Shown here piece by piece: positions 9,060 to 16,672 of a stretch of DNA of 32,000 nucleotides. The translations under genes were made by a program, and so were the position numbers. The notes under the pieces are model-generated. The model did not search any database and was not told the DNA's origin. It saw only the letters and a program-made list of their open reading frames with translations. Location of the stretch: the NCBI RefSeq assembly GCF_014280175.1, contig NZ_CP047931.1, positions 1,500,001-1,532,000 on the forward strand. The letters are read 5' to 3'. Every line of letters begins with the position of its first letter. The stretch's first letter is position 1. Origin of the DNA: Synechococcus sp. A15-28 (GTDB taxonomy: Bacteria > Cyanobacteriota > Cyanobacteriia > PCC-6307 > Cyanobiaceae).

Positions 9060-9599
9060 TCAGAGCCGACGTGTCGCACCGCTGACGATCAGGGCAGGTT
9101 CCACCTCCTGATGGGGACGGGCAATGATGTGAGCGGCAACAAGACCGTCACCAACGCGCTCACAGGCATCGGCGCCAGCACGCACCGCTGCGTTGACCGC
9201 ACCGGTTTCACCCCGAACCATCACGGTGACGTAACCACCACCGACATATTCGCGGCAGATCAGGCTGACCTCAGCAGCCTTGGTCATGGCATCAGCCGCT
9301 TCGATCGCGGGCACCATGCCGCGGGTCTCGATCATGCCAAGGGCGATGCCCTGAACCGGGCTGGAGGCTGAGCCTGGGTTGACCACAGGCTTGGCGACGC
9401 TGCCGCCACCACCAGATCTGGTCGCTGCACTCCTGCCGGTGGTGCTGGCGCTGCGACGGGTTGTGGTGGGTGCAGGGGTCGGGGCCGGAGTCGCGGCGGA
9501 AGCAGAAGGGGTGGCCACGGGCTTCACATCAACGGTCTTGTTCGCAGCGGCACTGCTGCGGGTGGTGCGACGACGGGGTGTGGGGGTCGGGGTGGCCAT
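9060..9599 (-). CDS. csoS1E: carboxysome shell BMC-H protein with a long disordered N-terminal extension (CsoS1E-type)
   Basis: The C-terminal ~90 aa is a canonical BMC domain (GIALGMIETRGMVPAIEAADAMTKAAEV...GGGYVTVMVRGETGAVNAAV) and is paralogous to csoS1 at 16235-16546. The N-terminal ~88 aa is Ala/Thr/Pro/Ser/Arg-rich. Confidence 0.8.
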   Translation of the reverse strand: MATPTPTPRRRTTRSSAAANKTVDVKPVATPSASAATPAPTPAPTTTRRSASTTGRSAATRSGGGGSVAKPVVNPGSASSPVQGIALGMIETRGMVPAIEAADAMTKAAEVSLICREYVGGGYVTVMVRGETGAVNAAVRAGADACERVGDGLVAAHIIARPHQEVEPALIVSGATRRL

Positions 9600-9600
9600 G

Positions 9601-9647
9601 GGAAAAGAGAAGTGGAAGCGGAACGGAAACGGCGGAGGGAGGGAAGG
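9601..9647 (-). promoter_or_regulatory. polypyrimidine (CU-rich) leader directly upstream of the csoS1E start codon
   Basis: By hand count the plus strand is 42/47 purine, so the csoS1E mRNA leader is about 90% C/U. No Shine-Dalgarno-like purine run is present. Confidence 0.35.
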
Positions 9648-9651
9648 CTCC

Positions 9652-9903
9652 CTATCCGTCCGGATTCCAGTGATCGATGATCCCGCCGATGGTCAGATCG
9701 GTGAGGACCTTGTTGTCCGGGCAGGCATGCCGTGCGGCGGAGCCGCTGGCGGTGAACACCCAGTTGCCCTCACGGGCACCCACGGGGTCCACGGCCACCA
9801 GCTTCTTGCCCTTGGCGTTGCGGAGGATGCGCAGGTGCATGTGATCCAGCCCCGCGACGCGGAAGCTGCACACCAGGGTGCCCATCACCTGCATGATCTC
9901 CAT
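9652..9903 (-). CDS. csoS4B: carboxysome vertex protein (BMC-P, CcmL/EutN family) CsoS4B
   Basis: 83 aa: MEIMQVMGTLVCSFRVAGLDHMHLRIL...LTIGGIIDHWNPDG. The start shares one nucleotide with the csoS4A stop (TGATG). Confidence 0.85.
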   Translation of the reverse strand: MEIMQVMGTLVCSFRVAGLDHMHLRILRNAKGKKLVAVDPVGAREGNWVFTASGSAARHACPDNKVLTDLTIGGIIDHWNPDG

Positions 9904-10223
9904 CAGGCGCTCGCTCCTCCGGTGGGATTTGCCGTTGGAGCAGGGGTTGGAGCCGGCGCTGGAGCCGGTGTTTTCGGTGGGTCCGGTTCCCAGTGGTCGA
10001 TGATCCCCACGATGGTGAGGTCGCTGGGGTACGACTTGCTTCCGGCCGCTTCGCGGGCGGCGGAACTGCTGACGCAGATCACCCAGTCGCCGGGCTTGGC
10101 ACCCACGGCATCGACAGCCACCTTCTTGGCGCTGCCGTCCTGCACCACCTGAAGATGCTTGTGCTCGAAATCCGGAATGCGGTTGGTGGAGACGAGCGGC
10201 TTGATGACCTTGACGATGAGCAT
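9903..10223 (-). CDS. csoS4A: carboxysome vertex protein (BMC-P) CsoS4A with a Pro/Ala/Thr-rich C-terminal tail
   Basis: The track ORF runs to 10382, which would overlap csoSCA. ATG 10223 lies 2 nt after the csoSCA stop and gives the canonical N-terminus MLIVKVIKPLVSTNRIP... (106 aa). The paralogue CsoS4B ends right after its DHWNPDG motif, whereas 25 extra residues follow here. Confidence 0.85.
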   Translation of the reverse strand: MLIVKVIKPLVSTNRIPDFEHKHLQVVQDGSAKKVAVDAVGAKPGDWVICVSSSAAREAAGSKSYPSDLTIVGIIDHWEPDPPKTPAPAPAPTPAPTANPTGGASA

Positions 10224-10225
10224 GA

Positions 10226-11893
10226 TCAGTGAGCCTCCTGAAGCTGAGGGGCGAGGGTGGAACCGACCACCTCGGCCGGGACCGTCTGGTTGCGATCCCG
10301 AACGGTGAGGCAAGTGTGGAGCAGGCCCTGATTCACCAGTTCGCCGTAGCGCTCGGCGATGGCCTGATTCACCCGATGACAATCGGCGATCGCCCGCTCG
10401 CGGGCGCCGGGAACACTGCCCGTGTAATCGAAGCGGATCACCACCGGGATCGGCAGATCCTTGGACACGTTTAAACCTCTGAAGATCTTGACCCCCACAT
10501 CCAGATCCGGAGCACCCACTTCCACGGTGTCCAGATGTGAGAAGTAGGTGAGGTTGCGGAGGTGAACCTCCTTGAAGCCGATCCCAACACCGATGAAACG
10601 CTCGGCATGGCCGGCATCAGGGTATGGAGCCCCGTGCAGCTCCTGCACGTAGTCGATCTGAGAGACATTATTGGCGATCAACCGGGTGAGGAAGGTGACC
10701 ATGCCGGGATCCATCGCACCGGGGGCTGCGGATTCGACTGCTTCCGCGATCTGCGCCATGGCCTGATCCGCCGTCATTGACTCGGTGGCGGCATGGAGCT
10801 CCCGTGCGCAGAGCCACTGATCGAGCTCCATCTCACTGTCGCGAGATGGAGGATGCACACGAATCGCGTCGGTATCGGTGTCGAGGCCGATCAGCAGAAG
10901 ATCGACGGATGCGCCACAGCAGAAGCTGTTCTCCACCGCTTCACGGAAATCGAGCAGCCGCTGATGACCAGCTGAAGCAGCAAGTTCATCGTTGCTGCCG
11001 TGGGCCGCACAACCTTGATGCTGAGGATCAAGGGAACTGAAGTGGTAAGTCACCACCTTCAGATAGCGGGTCGGCTCCGTGGAGGGATTCGGCATCCCCT
11101 CCCGGTGGCGACGGTGCTCGGTCTTCACCCATCGGTTGACGGTGTTCTCCACATCGAACATGGCGCCGGCATGGGAACGACGCCGGACCGCACTGAAGGG
11201 AATGCGCAAGGCATAGGCCACCGTGTGGGCCAGGCGACCATCAGCGCAGGGAGTGATATCCAGAAGATGAATGCCACAGTCGAGCAAAAAATGCTCGAAC
11301 TCGCGGGCGGGTGCACTGCCGACTGCACCATTCAGCGGATCGTCCTGGAAAAAACGATCACTGAACAGCCGATGGCTTTCGAACACGCACCAGGCGAACA
11401 GCGCCCGCATGTCGAGGGGGCGCACCCAGGCCTTCTCAAGAATGTGCTGAGGAAGGTCGAAACCCAGTTCAGTCCGGGTGAGACGCTGCGCCTGGTCAAG
11501 AAAATCGGGCTCGTGCTGGAGCGCTGAAACCCGCTGCAGCAGAGGGACGATGCGATCAAACCGACCCTTCACCTCCTGCTCATAGTCGCGGAGGCGGGCA
11601 TTGGCAGCAGCATCAGTGAGGGGATGCTGCCGGTGGGTGAGAGGCAGGGAACTACGGCTGAGATTGAACGGAACCGAGGTGGTTGCACCCTTGTCACGAC
11701 GCACCCAACCCGGTTGGCGCTGATCGCCTGCTGACCGGACCCGACCACCTCCGATGGCCCCTTGAACCAGCTTGGCTGGCTCGCTGGGCTGAGCCGGAGA
11801 CTCAGCCGCAGAAGCCAAGCTCTGCAGCTGGCGTCGGGTCGGTGCCGTGGGGGCCTGAGGTCGCCCGCCGCGAAGAGGCATGGAGCGGACCAT
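10226..11893 (-). CDS. csoSCA: carboxysome shell carbonic anhydrase CsoSCA (CsoS3)
   Basis: 555 aa, positioned between csoS2 and csoS4A. Contains the PCADGRLAH and ...HFSSLDPQHQGCAAHG... segments expected to hold the Cys/His/Cys zinc ligands of the CsoSCA family. Confidence 0.9.
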   Translation of the reverse strand: MVRSMPLRGGRPQAPTAPTRRQLQSLASAAESPAQPSEPAKLVQGAIGGGRVRSAGDQRQPGWVRRDKGATTSVPFNLSRSSLPLTHRQHPLTDAAANARLRDYEQEVKGRFDRIVPLLQRVSALQHEPDFLDQAQRLTRTELGFDLPQHILEKAWVRPLDMRALFAWCVFESHRLFSDRFFQDDPLNGAVGSAPAREFEHFLLDCGIHLLDITPCADGRLAHTVAYALRIPFSAVRRRSHAGAMFDVENTVNRWVKTEHRRHREGMPNPSTEPTRYLKVVTYHFSSLDPQHQGCAAHGSNDELAASAGHQRLLDFREAVENSFCCGASVDLLLIGLDTDTDAIRVHPPSRDSEMELDQWLCARELHAATESMTADQAMAQIAEAVESAAPGAMDPGMVTFLTRLIANNVSQIDYVQELHGAPYPDAGHAERFIGVGIGFKEVHLRNLTYFSHLDTVEVGAPDLDVGVKIFRGLNVSKDLPIPVVIRFDYTGSVPGARERAIADCHRVNQAIAERYGELVNQGLLHTCLTVRDRNQTVPAEVVGSTLAPQLQEAH

Positions 11894-11900
11894 CAGCGGA

Positions 11901-14243
11901 TCAGCCCCGTGCGCCGCCGGAGACGGTGATCAGGGAACCCTTCTCGGTGTTGCCGCTGGAACCGGTCACGCGGCTGACGGGCCACTCGTTCTCTTCATTG
12001 CGCTTGCGCTCATGAGGAGCCATGGCACTCATCGGACCGGGACGGGTGGGGTTGCGACGACGTGCGGAAGCCCCTTCAGTACCGGTGACGTGCTCGCCAC
12101 GATCCCAGTCATCACCGGTGATCTTGGTGGAGGAGCCCTCACCGGTCACACGGGAGGCAGGCTTTTCGGCCGGTTCGCTCACCACGGCCACGGTGGGCTG
12201 GAACTGACGGCGCTGAAACTCGCGGTTGTCGAAACGGAACTGCTCTGTGCCGGTAACTTTGCCACCGGCCATGTCAAAAGGGCCGGTGATGCGGTTGCCC
12301 TCCTCATAGGAGGTCCCCGTCACAGCACCCTGACCATCCCGCTGCTGCTGGGCGGCACGGGCGGGAGACATCACGCTGAACCGGGTCCAGGCAGCTCCTT
12401 CCGGAGATTGACCATTGGCATCGGTGCCAGCAGGTGCATCAGCACCGCAGGCTGTTGCCAGCTGGTCGGCACCAACGTAGGGCGTACCCGTGACGGCTTC
12501 ACAGGAACCCTTTTGATCACCCGTCATCACACCACCGACGCCGGGCTGAATGCCAGTCATCGCAGCGGAAGGGGTGCCGCGACGAACGGGGGTACGCTCA
12601 CGGATGGCCTGGACAGCAGGGGTGCCGCAGTGCTGACCCGCTTGCTCAAGACCGGCGTAGGGAGTACCGGTCACCGCCTGACAGCTGCCGGGCTCATCGC
12701 CAGTGACCCGTTCCGAGCGACCGGTGCGGGTGCCACTCACCACCTGGTTGCGGTTGGTGATGCTGAAGCCGACCTTGGCGGCTTCGGGCTCAGGCTTGCT
12801 GCCGCAGAAGGCATTGACCTGCTCGGCACTGATGTATTGATTACCGGTGACGCGATGGCAGGAACCGAACTCATCGCCGGTGACCTGGGAGGAGCGGCCC
12901 ACCATGGTGCCGGTGACACCGGTACCGGACAGGGTTCCGGACAGACCCACCTTGGCGGCGGGACGACCATCAGGCAGGGGATCGGAACCGAGGTACTGAT
13001 CGCCGGTGAGGCTGCGGTTGGCGCCGGCTTCGTCGCCGGTGACGCTGGACGAGCGGCCCACCATCACACCACTGACGGGACGTCCCTGTTCAGTGAGGCT
13101 GAGGCCCACCTTGCGGGGGGAGACATTGCCACCACCGCAATAGGCAGCGGACTGATTGGCCGAGATGTATTCGGTGCCCGTCACGCTCTTGCAGGTGCCC
13201 GGTTCATCGCCGGTGACCTTTTCTGAGCGACCAACCTCATTGCCGGTGACCCGGTTGCCGTGGCTGGTGGCCGTGACGCGAACCTTGGCGGGGGTGGTGG
13301 GCTCAGGAGCCTGCTGGCAGAAGGTCTGGAACACTTCGGCGCCCAGATATTCGGTGCCGGTGATCGAGCGGCAGATGCTGGCTTCATTGCCGGTGGTCTT
13401 CACCGAACGGTTGGCCTGAGTGCCCGTCACGGTCTGGCCGGAGGTGGTGGTGCTTTCACCAACTTTCCAATGGGCATCGGCAGCAGCGGCCTGCTTGGCA
13501 CCGTGGCGATTTGGGCCCGTGGGACGGGTCACACCGGCGCTCTGCTTGTTGCGGGCACCGGCTTTCGCCCGGAGCTCACGCACCTGCTGGGCCAGCTCAC
13601 GGCTGGTGAGATCAGGGTTGGCCTGACGGGCCACCGCAGCTGCACTGGTGGGGTGCTTGCCGGCGGTCTTGCCGTGCTTCGCCATGGCCTCGCGACGGGC
13701 CAGCACCAGCGCGCGGCTGGGGTTCTCAATGGCGCGGCGCTTGGGAGTCGCCGAACGACGCTCGGAACGGGGCCTCAAGGATGCGGTGGCAGCACTCAGC
13801 TGAACCTTCTCGGCAGCACGGCTGCCGCCACAACCACAGGATTTTTTCTCTTCAACGGGGGCTGCAGCGGGAGCAGCCGCCTGGGCCTGGCGGGCAACAT
13901 CGGAGCGGCTGCGGTCGCGGCTGGTATCGGCGGTCTTGCCGCGGCGGGACAGGGCCTCACGGCGGGCCAGCACAAGGTCCCGGCTGGGATGACGCTGGGG
14001 CTTGACCTGGGAACTGCGGGAGGGAGAAGCCGGGGTGAACGACACCGCAGGCTTCACGGGAGCAGCAGCAACTGGAGCAATGGGCTCAACAGCGGCAGCT
14101 GCATCGGTGCGGGTGGGACGTGCGTCGGCGGCAGTGCGCACACGGTTGGCACCATCTCCCTCAGCCACGGAGGACTTCTTACCGGAGGTGGTCAGCGCCT
14201 TGCGGCGCTCGAGTGCGAGTTCGCGACTGGAAAGTCTTGCCAT
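11901..14243 (-). CDS. csoS2: carboxysome scaffold protein CsoS2
   Basis: 780 aa. Four basic N-terminal repeats (SRELALERRKALTTSGK, SRDLVLARREALSRRGK, SRALVLARREAMAKHGK, SRELAQQVRELRAKAG). Six middle-region repeats are built from [VI][TS]G triplets. C-terminal VTG/ITG repeats end ...LITVSGGARG. Confidence 0.93.
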   Translation of the reverse strand: MARLSSRELALERRKALTTSGKKSSVAEGDGANRVRTAADARPTRTDAAAAVEPIAPVAAAPVKPAVSFTPASPSRSSQVKPQRHPSRDLVLARREALSRRGKTADTSRDRSRSDVARQAQAAAPAAAPVEEKKSCGCGGSRAAEKVQLSAATASLRPRSERRSATPKRRAIENPSRALVLARREAMAKHGKTAGKHPTSAAAVARQANPDLTSRELAQQVRELRAKAGARNKQSAGVTRPTGPNRHGAKQAAAADAHWKVGESTTTSGQTVTGTQANRSVKTTGNEASICRSITGTEYLGAEVFQTFCQQAPEPTTPAKVRVTATSHGNRVTGNEVGRSEKVTGDEPGTCKSVTGTEYISANQSAAYCGGGNVSPRKVGLSLTEQGRPVSGVMVGRSSSVTGDEAGANRSLTGDQYLGSDPLPDGRPAAKVGLSGTLSGTGVTGTMVGRSSQVTGDEFGSCHRVTGNQYISAEQVNAFCGSKPEPEAAKVGFSITNRNQVVSGTRTGRSERVTGDEPGSCQAVTGTPYAGLEQAGQHCGTPAVQAIRERTPVRRGTPSAAMTGIQPGVGGVMTGDQKGSCEAVTGTPYVGADQLATACGADAPAGTDANGQSPEGAAWTRFSVMSPARAAQQQRDGQGAVTGTSYEEGNRITGPFDMAGGKVTGTEQFRFDNREFQRRQFQPTVAVVSEPAEKPASRVTGEGSSTKITGDDWDRGEHVTGTEGASARRRNPTRPGPMSAMAPHERKRNEENEWPVSRVTGSSGNTEKGSLITVSGGARG

Positions 14244-14292
14244 GTCCGCCCGAGGGTGTCGTCGTGAGGTGGAAGGGCACCTGCCCCTCCGG

Positions 14293-14324
14293 AAAAAGCT
14301 GGAGCCCTGATCAGGTCAGGGCTC
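14293..14324 (-). terminator. stem-loop + T5 between cbbS and csoS2 (candidate partial terminator, attenuator or mRNA-stabilising hairpin)
   Basis: Perfect 9-bp stem (GAGCCCTGA 14302-14310 / TCAGGGCTC 16-24) with a 5-nt loop. On the transcribed (-) strand it is followed by CAGC then TTTTT (plus-strand aaaaa at 14293-14297). Confidence 0.5.
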
Positions 14325-14344
14325 GGAACCAGAGATTCGGAGGA

Positions 14345-14686
14345 TCAGCGTCCTTCGAAAACCACGAAGCAGGAACCCTGGCTCTGGGTGTAAGCGTCGT
14401 AACCGACGATGCGCACGTGGTGGTCGGGGTAAGCGCGATGGCAGGCCTCGAGCTCACTCACAACAACGTTGAGGTCCTTCTCACCGAAGAAGGGGAGTTT
14501 CCAATAAGACCAATAAGTGGCCATGGAATTGCTGGGGTGGACGTGCTCAACGAGCGGGCTCCAACCCTGGGCAATGATGTACGCGATCTGGTCGTAGATC
14601 TCGTCCTGGGTCATCGGCGGAAGAAAGCCGAAGGTCTCCAGGGTGGCGACTGTTTGATAGTCACCCACGGTGCTCTGGAAAGGCAT
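14345..14686 (-). CDS. cbbS: RuBisCO small subunit (Form IA)
   Basis: 113 aa: MPFQSTVGDYQTVATLETFGFLPPMTQDEI...WKLPFFGEKD...VRIVGYDAYTQSQ. Immediately downstream of cbbL. Confidence 0.95.
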   Translation of the reverse strand: MPFQSTVGDYQTVATLETFGFLPPMTQDEIYDQIAYIIAQGWSPLVEHVHPSNSMATYWSYWKLPFFGEKDLNVVVSELEACHRAYPDHHVRIVGYDAYTQSQGSCFVVFEGR

Positions 14687-14704
14687 GGGGATCCTGGTAG
14701 TTAG

Positions 14705-14735
14705 AAAAATGTTGGGCCGGTTGAATCAACCGGCC
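14705..14735 (-). terminator. stem-loop + T5 between cbbL and cbbS (candidate processing, stability or attenuation hairpin)
   Basis: Perfect 9-bp stem GGCCGGTTG/CAACCGGCC (14715-14723 / 14727-14735) with a 3-nt loop. On the (-) strand it is followed by CAACA then TTTTT (plus-strand aaaaa at 14705-14709). Confidence 0.45.
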
Positions 14736-14745
14736 GTAAAAACGA

Positions 14746-16161
14746 TCAGTTCTGAACGTCGAGCTTGTCGACGGTGTCGAACTCGAACTTGATCTCCTTC
14801 CAGGTCTCGAGGGCGATGGCCAGCTCAGGGCTGTGCTTACCGGCTTCCATGAGGATGTCCCGGCTTTCCTTCTCGATCTCGCGACCGGCATTGCGTGCCT
14901 TGACGCAGGCCTCGAGGGCCACACGGTTGGCAGCAGCACCTGCAGCGGAACCCCAGGGGTGACCGTGGGTACCACCACCGAACTGCAGCACGGAGTCGTC
15001 ACCGAAGATGGCGACCAGCGCGGGCATGTGCCACACGTGGATACCGCCGGAAGCAACGGCGAACACGCCAGGCATGGAACCCCAGTCCTGATCGAAGAAG
15101 TTGCCGCGGCTGCGGTCTTCGGGCACGAAGGATTCGCGCAGCTGGTCGATGTAGCCGAGGGTGGTCTGACGATCACCTTCCAGCTTGCCGACCACGGTGC
15201 CGGTGTGGAGCTGGTCACCACCGGACAGACGCAGACACTTGGCGAGAACGCGGAAGTGGATGCCGTGCTTGGGGTGACGGTCGATCACCGCGTGCATGGC
15301 GCGGTGGATGTGCAGCAACATGCCGTTCTTACGGCACCACTTCGACAGACCGGTGTTGGCCGTGAAGCCACCGGTGATGAAGTCGTGCATGATGATTGGC
15401 ATGCCGAGTTCCTTGGCGAACTCAGCGCGCTCGTACATCTCCTCGGGAGTGTTGGCGGTCACGTTGAGGTAGTGACCCTTGCGCTCGCCGGTCTCCTGCT
15501 CGGACAGCTTGATGGCTTCCGCAACGAATTCGAAGCGGTTCTGCCAACGCTGGAAGGGCTGAGAGTTGATGTTCTCGTCGTCCTTGGTGAAGTCCAGACC
15601 GCCGCGCAGGCACTCATAGACCACACGGCCGTAGTTCTTACCGCTCAGGCCGAGCTTCGGCTTGATGGTGCAACCCAGCAGGGGACGGCCGTACTTGTTC
15701 ATCCGGTCGCGCTCGACCTGGATGCCGTTTGGCGGGCCGTAGCAGCTCTTAATGAAGGCCATCGGGAAGCGGATGTCTTCCAGACGGAGGTGGCGCAGGG
15801 CCTTGAAACCGAACACGTTGCCGACCAGGGAGGTCAGAACGTTGGTGATGGAACCTTCTTCGAATAGGTCGAGGGGGTAAGCGATGAAGGCGTAGAAGGA
15901 CTCCTTGTCACCAGGGACGTCCTCGATGCGGTAGCAACGGCCCTTGTAGAAGTCGAGGTCGGTGAGGAGCTCGGACCACACAGTGGACCAGGTGCCGGTG
16001 GAGGATTCAGCAGCCACAGCAGCGGCTACTTCTTCCTTGGGCACACCTTCCTGGCCGGTGCACTTGAAGCAGGCCAGCAGGTCGGTGTCGAGGGGAACGT
16101 AATCAGGAGTCCAGTAAGTGTCCCTGTACTCCTTGACCCCAGCGTCGTACTTCTTGCTCAT
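14746..16161 (-). CDS. cbbL: RuBisCO large subunit (Form IA)
   Basis: 471 aa with [29 protein letters not shown] (carbamylated-Lys region) and [12 protein letters not shown]. Form IA is inferred from the cso-gene context. Confidence 0.97.
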   Translation of the reverse strand: MSKKYDAGVKEYRDTYWTPDYVPLDTDLLACFKCTGQEGVPKEEVAAAVAAESSTGTWSTVWSELLTDLDFYKGRCYRIEDVPGDKESFYAFIAYPLDLFEEGSITNVLTSLVGNVFGFKALRHLRLEDIRFPMAFIKSCYGPPNGIQVERDRMNKYGRPLLGCTIKPKLGLSGKNYGRVVYECLRGGLDFTKDDENINSQPFQRWQNRFEFVAEAIKLSEQETGERKGHYLNVTANTPEEMYERAEFAKELGMPIIMHDFITGGFTANTGLSKWCRKNGMLLHIHRAMHAVIDRHPKHGIHFRVLAKCLRLSGGDQLHTGTVVGKLEGDRQTTLGYIDQLRESFVPEDRSRGNFFDQDWGSMPGVFAVASGGIHVWHMPALVAIFGDDSVLQFGGGTHGHPWGSAAGAAANRVALEACVKARNAGREIEKESRDILMEAGKHSPELAIALETWKEIKFEFDTVDKLDVQN

Positions 16162-16234
16162 GGGAAAACTCCGTTAGGTCGGTGAAGGGGGGATGAGACG
16201 TTCGCGTGCCTCGTCAGAGGCTCAGCGGAAGATC

Positions 16235-16546
16235 TCAGTCCTTCTGACCGAGGAAGTTGCCGTTGCCCAGAGCAGGCTCCACTTCGCGGTGGGGGCGGGC
16301 AATGATGTGAGCAGCCACGAGGCCATCGCCCACGCGCTCGCAAGCATCAGCGCCAGCGCGCACAGCAGCGTTGACAGCGCCGGTTTCGCCGCGAACCAGA
16401 ACGGTGACGTAGCCGCCGCCGACGAACTCACGACCGATTAGGCGCACTTCGGCAGCCTTGGTCATGGCATCAGCTGCCTCGATGGCGGGGACCAGACCGC
16501 GGGTCTCAATCATGCCGAGGGCGATGCCCATGGTTTCGTTAGCCAT
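16235..16546 (-). CDS. csoS1: major carboxysome shell protein CsoS1 (BMC-H)
   Basis: 103 aa: MANETMGIALGMIETRGLVPAIEAADAMTKAAEVRLIGREFVGGGYVTVLVRGETGAVNAAV... First gene of the cso run. Confidence 0.95.
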   Translation of the reverse strand: MANETMGIALGMIETRGLVPAIEAADAMTKAAEVRLIGREFVGGGYVTVLVRGETGAVNAAVRAGADACERVGDGLVAAHIIARPHREVEPALGNGNFLGQKD

Positions 16547-16560
16547 TGCCTACCGGGAGA

Positions 16561-16575
16561 AGGGGTGGAATGTTC
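16561..16575 (+). repeat. copy 1 of an exact 15-nt direct repeat AGGGGTGGAATGTTC
   Basis: Identical to 16796-16810. Lies 15-29 nt upstream of the csoS1 start codon, where it reads GAACATTCCACCCCT on the csoS1 strand. Confidence 0.9.
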
Positions 16576-16634
16576 GCTCGGGACATTGGTCTGCCGGATC
16601 CCTTCCCGTCAAGCAATTGGAAGCACAGCCAAGA

Positions 16635-16672
16635 TCACTGTCCATAGTGAACCTGATAAGCTCAATTTATCA
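16635..16672. promoter_or_regulatory. two adjacent inverted repeats in the AT-rich csoS1 upstream region (candidate operator / LysR-type T-N11-A site)
   Basis: TCACTGT-cc-ATAGTGA lies at 16635-16650. TGATAA-gctcaat-TTATCA lies at 16654-16672 and contains ATAA-N7-TTAT, i.e. T-N11-A. They sit 89-126 nt upstream of the csoS1 ATG. The minus strand reads TGATAAATT, an extended -10-like TGnTAnAnT. Confidence 0.4.

Noticed and set aside
10224-10382. N-terminal extension of the csoS4A ORF (track start 10382).
   Set aside because: It would overlap csoSCA by 157 nt and encodes Arg/Gly/Pro-rich junk. The canonical BMC-P N-terminus begins at ATG 10223.
11880-14267. Very long plus-strand ORFs (11880-13226, 448 aa; 13260-14267, 335 aa) antisense to csoS2.
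   Set aside because: Their products are Gly/Ala/Thr/Leu-rich low-complexity mirror images of the CsoS2 VTG repeats. High GC suppresses antisense stop codons. The minus-strand product is an unmistakable CsoS2.
14833-15867. 344-aa plus-strand ORF antisense to cbbL. Similar long antisense ORFs: 338-1069 (-), 1701-2696 (-), 3322-4125 (+), 5010-5627 (+), 6215-7027 (+), 7014-7757 (+), 8217-8858 (+), 9379-10152 (+), 19991-20914 (-), 20963-21691 (-), 26413-27117 (+), 28336-29109 (+), 30146-30790 (+).
   Set aside because: Each lies opposite a gene with strong family motifs. Their compositions (Arg/Gly/His/Gln/Pro-rich, no motifs) are typical of GC-driven shadow ORFs.
9060-16546. Nucleotide-level similarity between csoS1 (16235-16546) and the BMC domain of csoS1E (9060-9335), and between csoS4A and csoS4B. 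Considered as possible dispersed repeats or mobile DNA.
   Set aside because: These are ordinary paralogous coding sequences of the shell gene families, not repeat elements.
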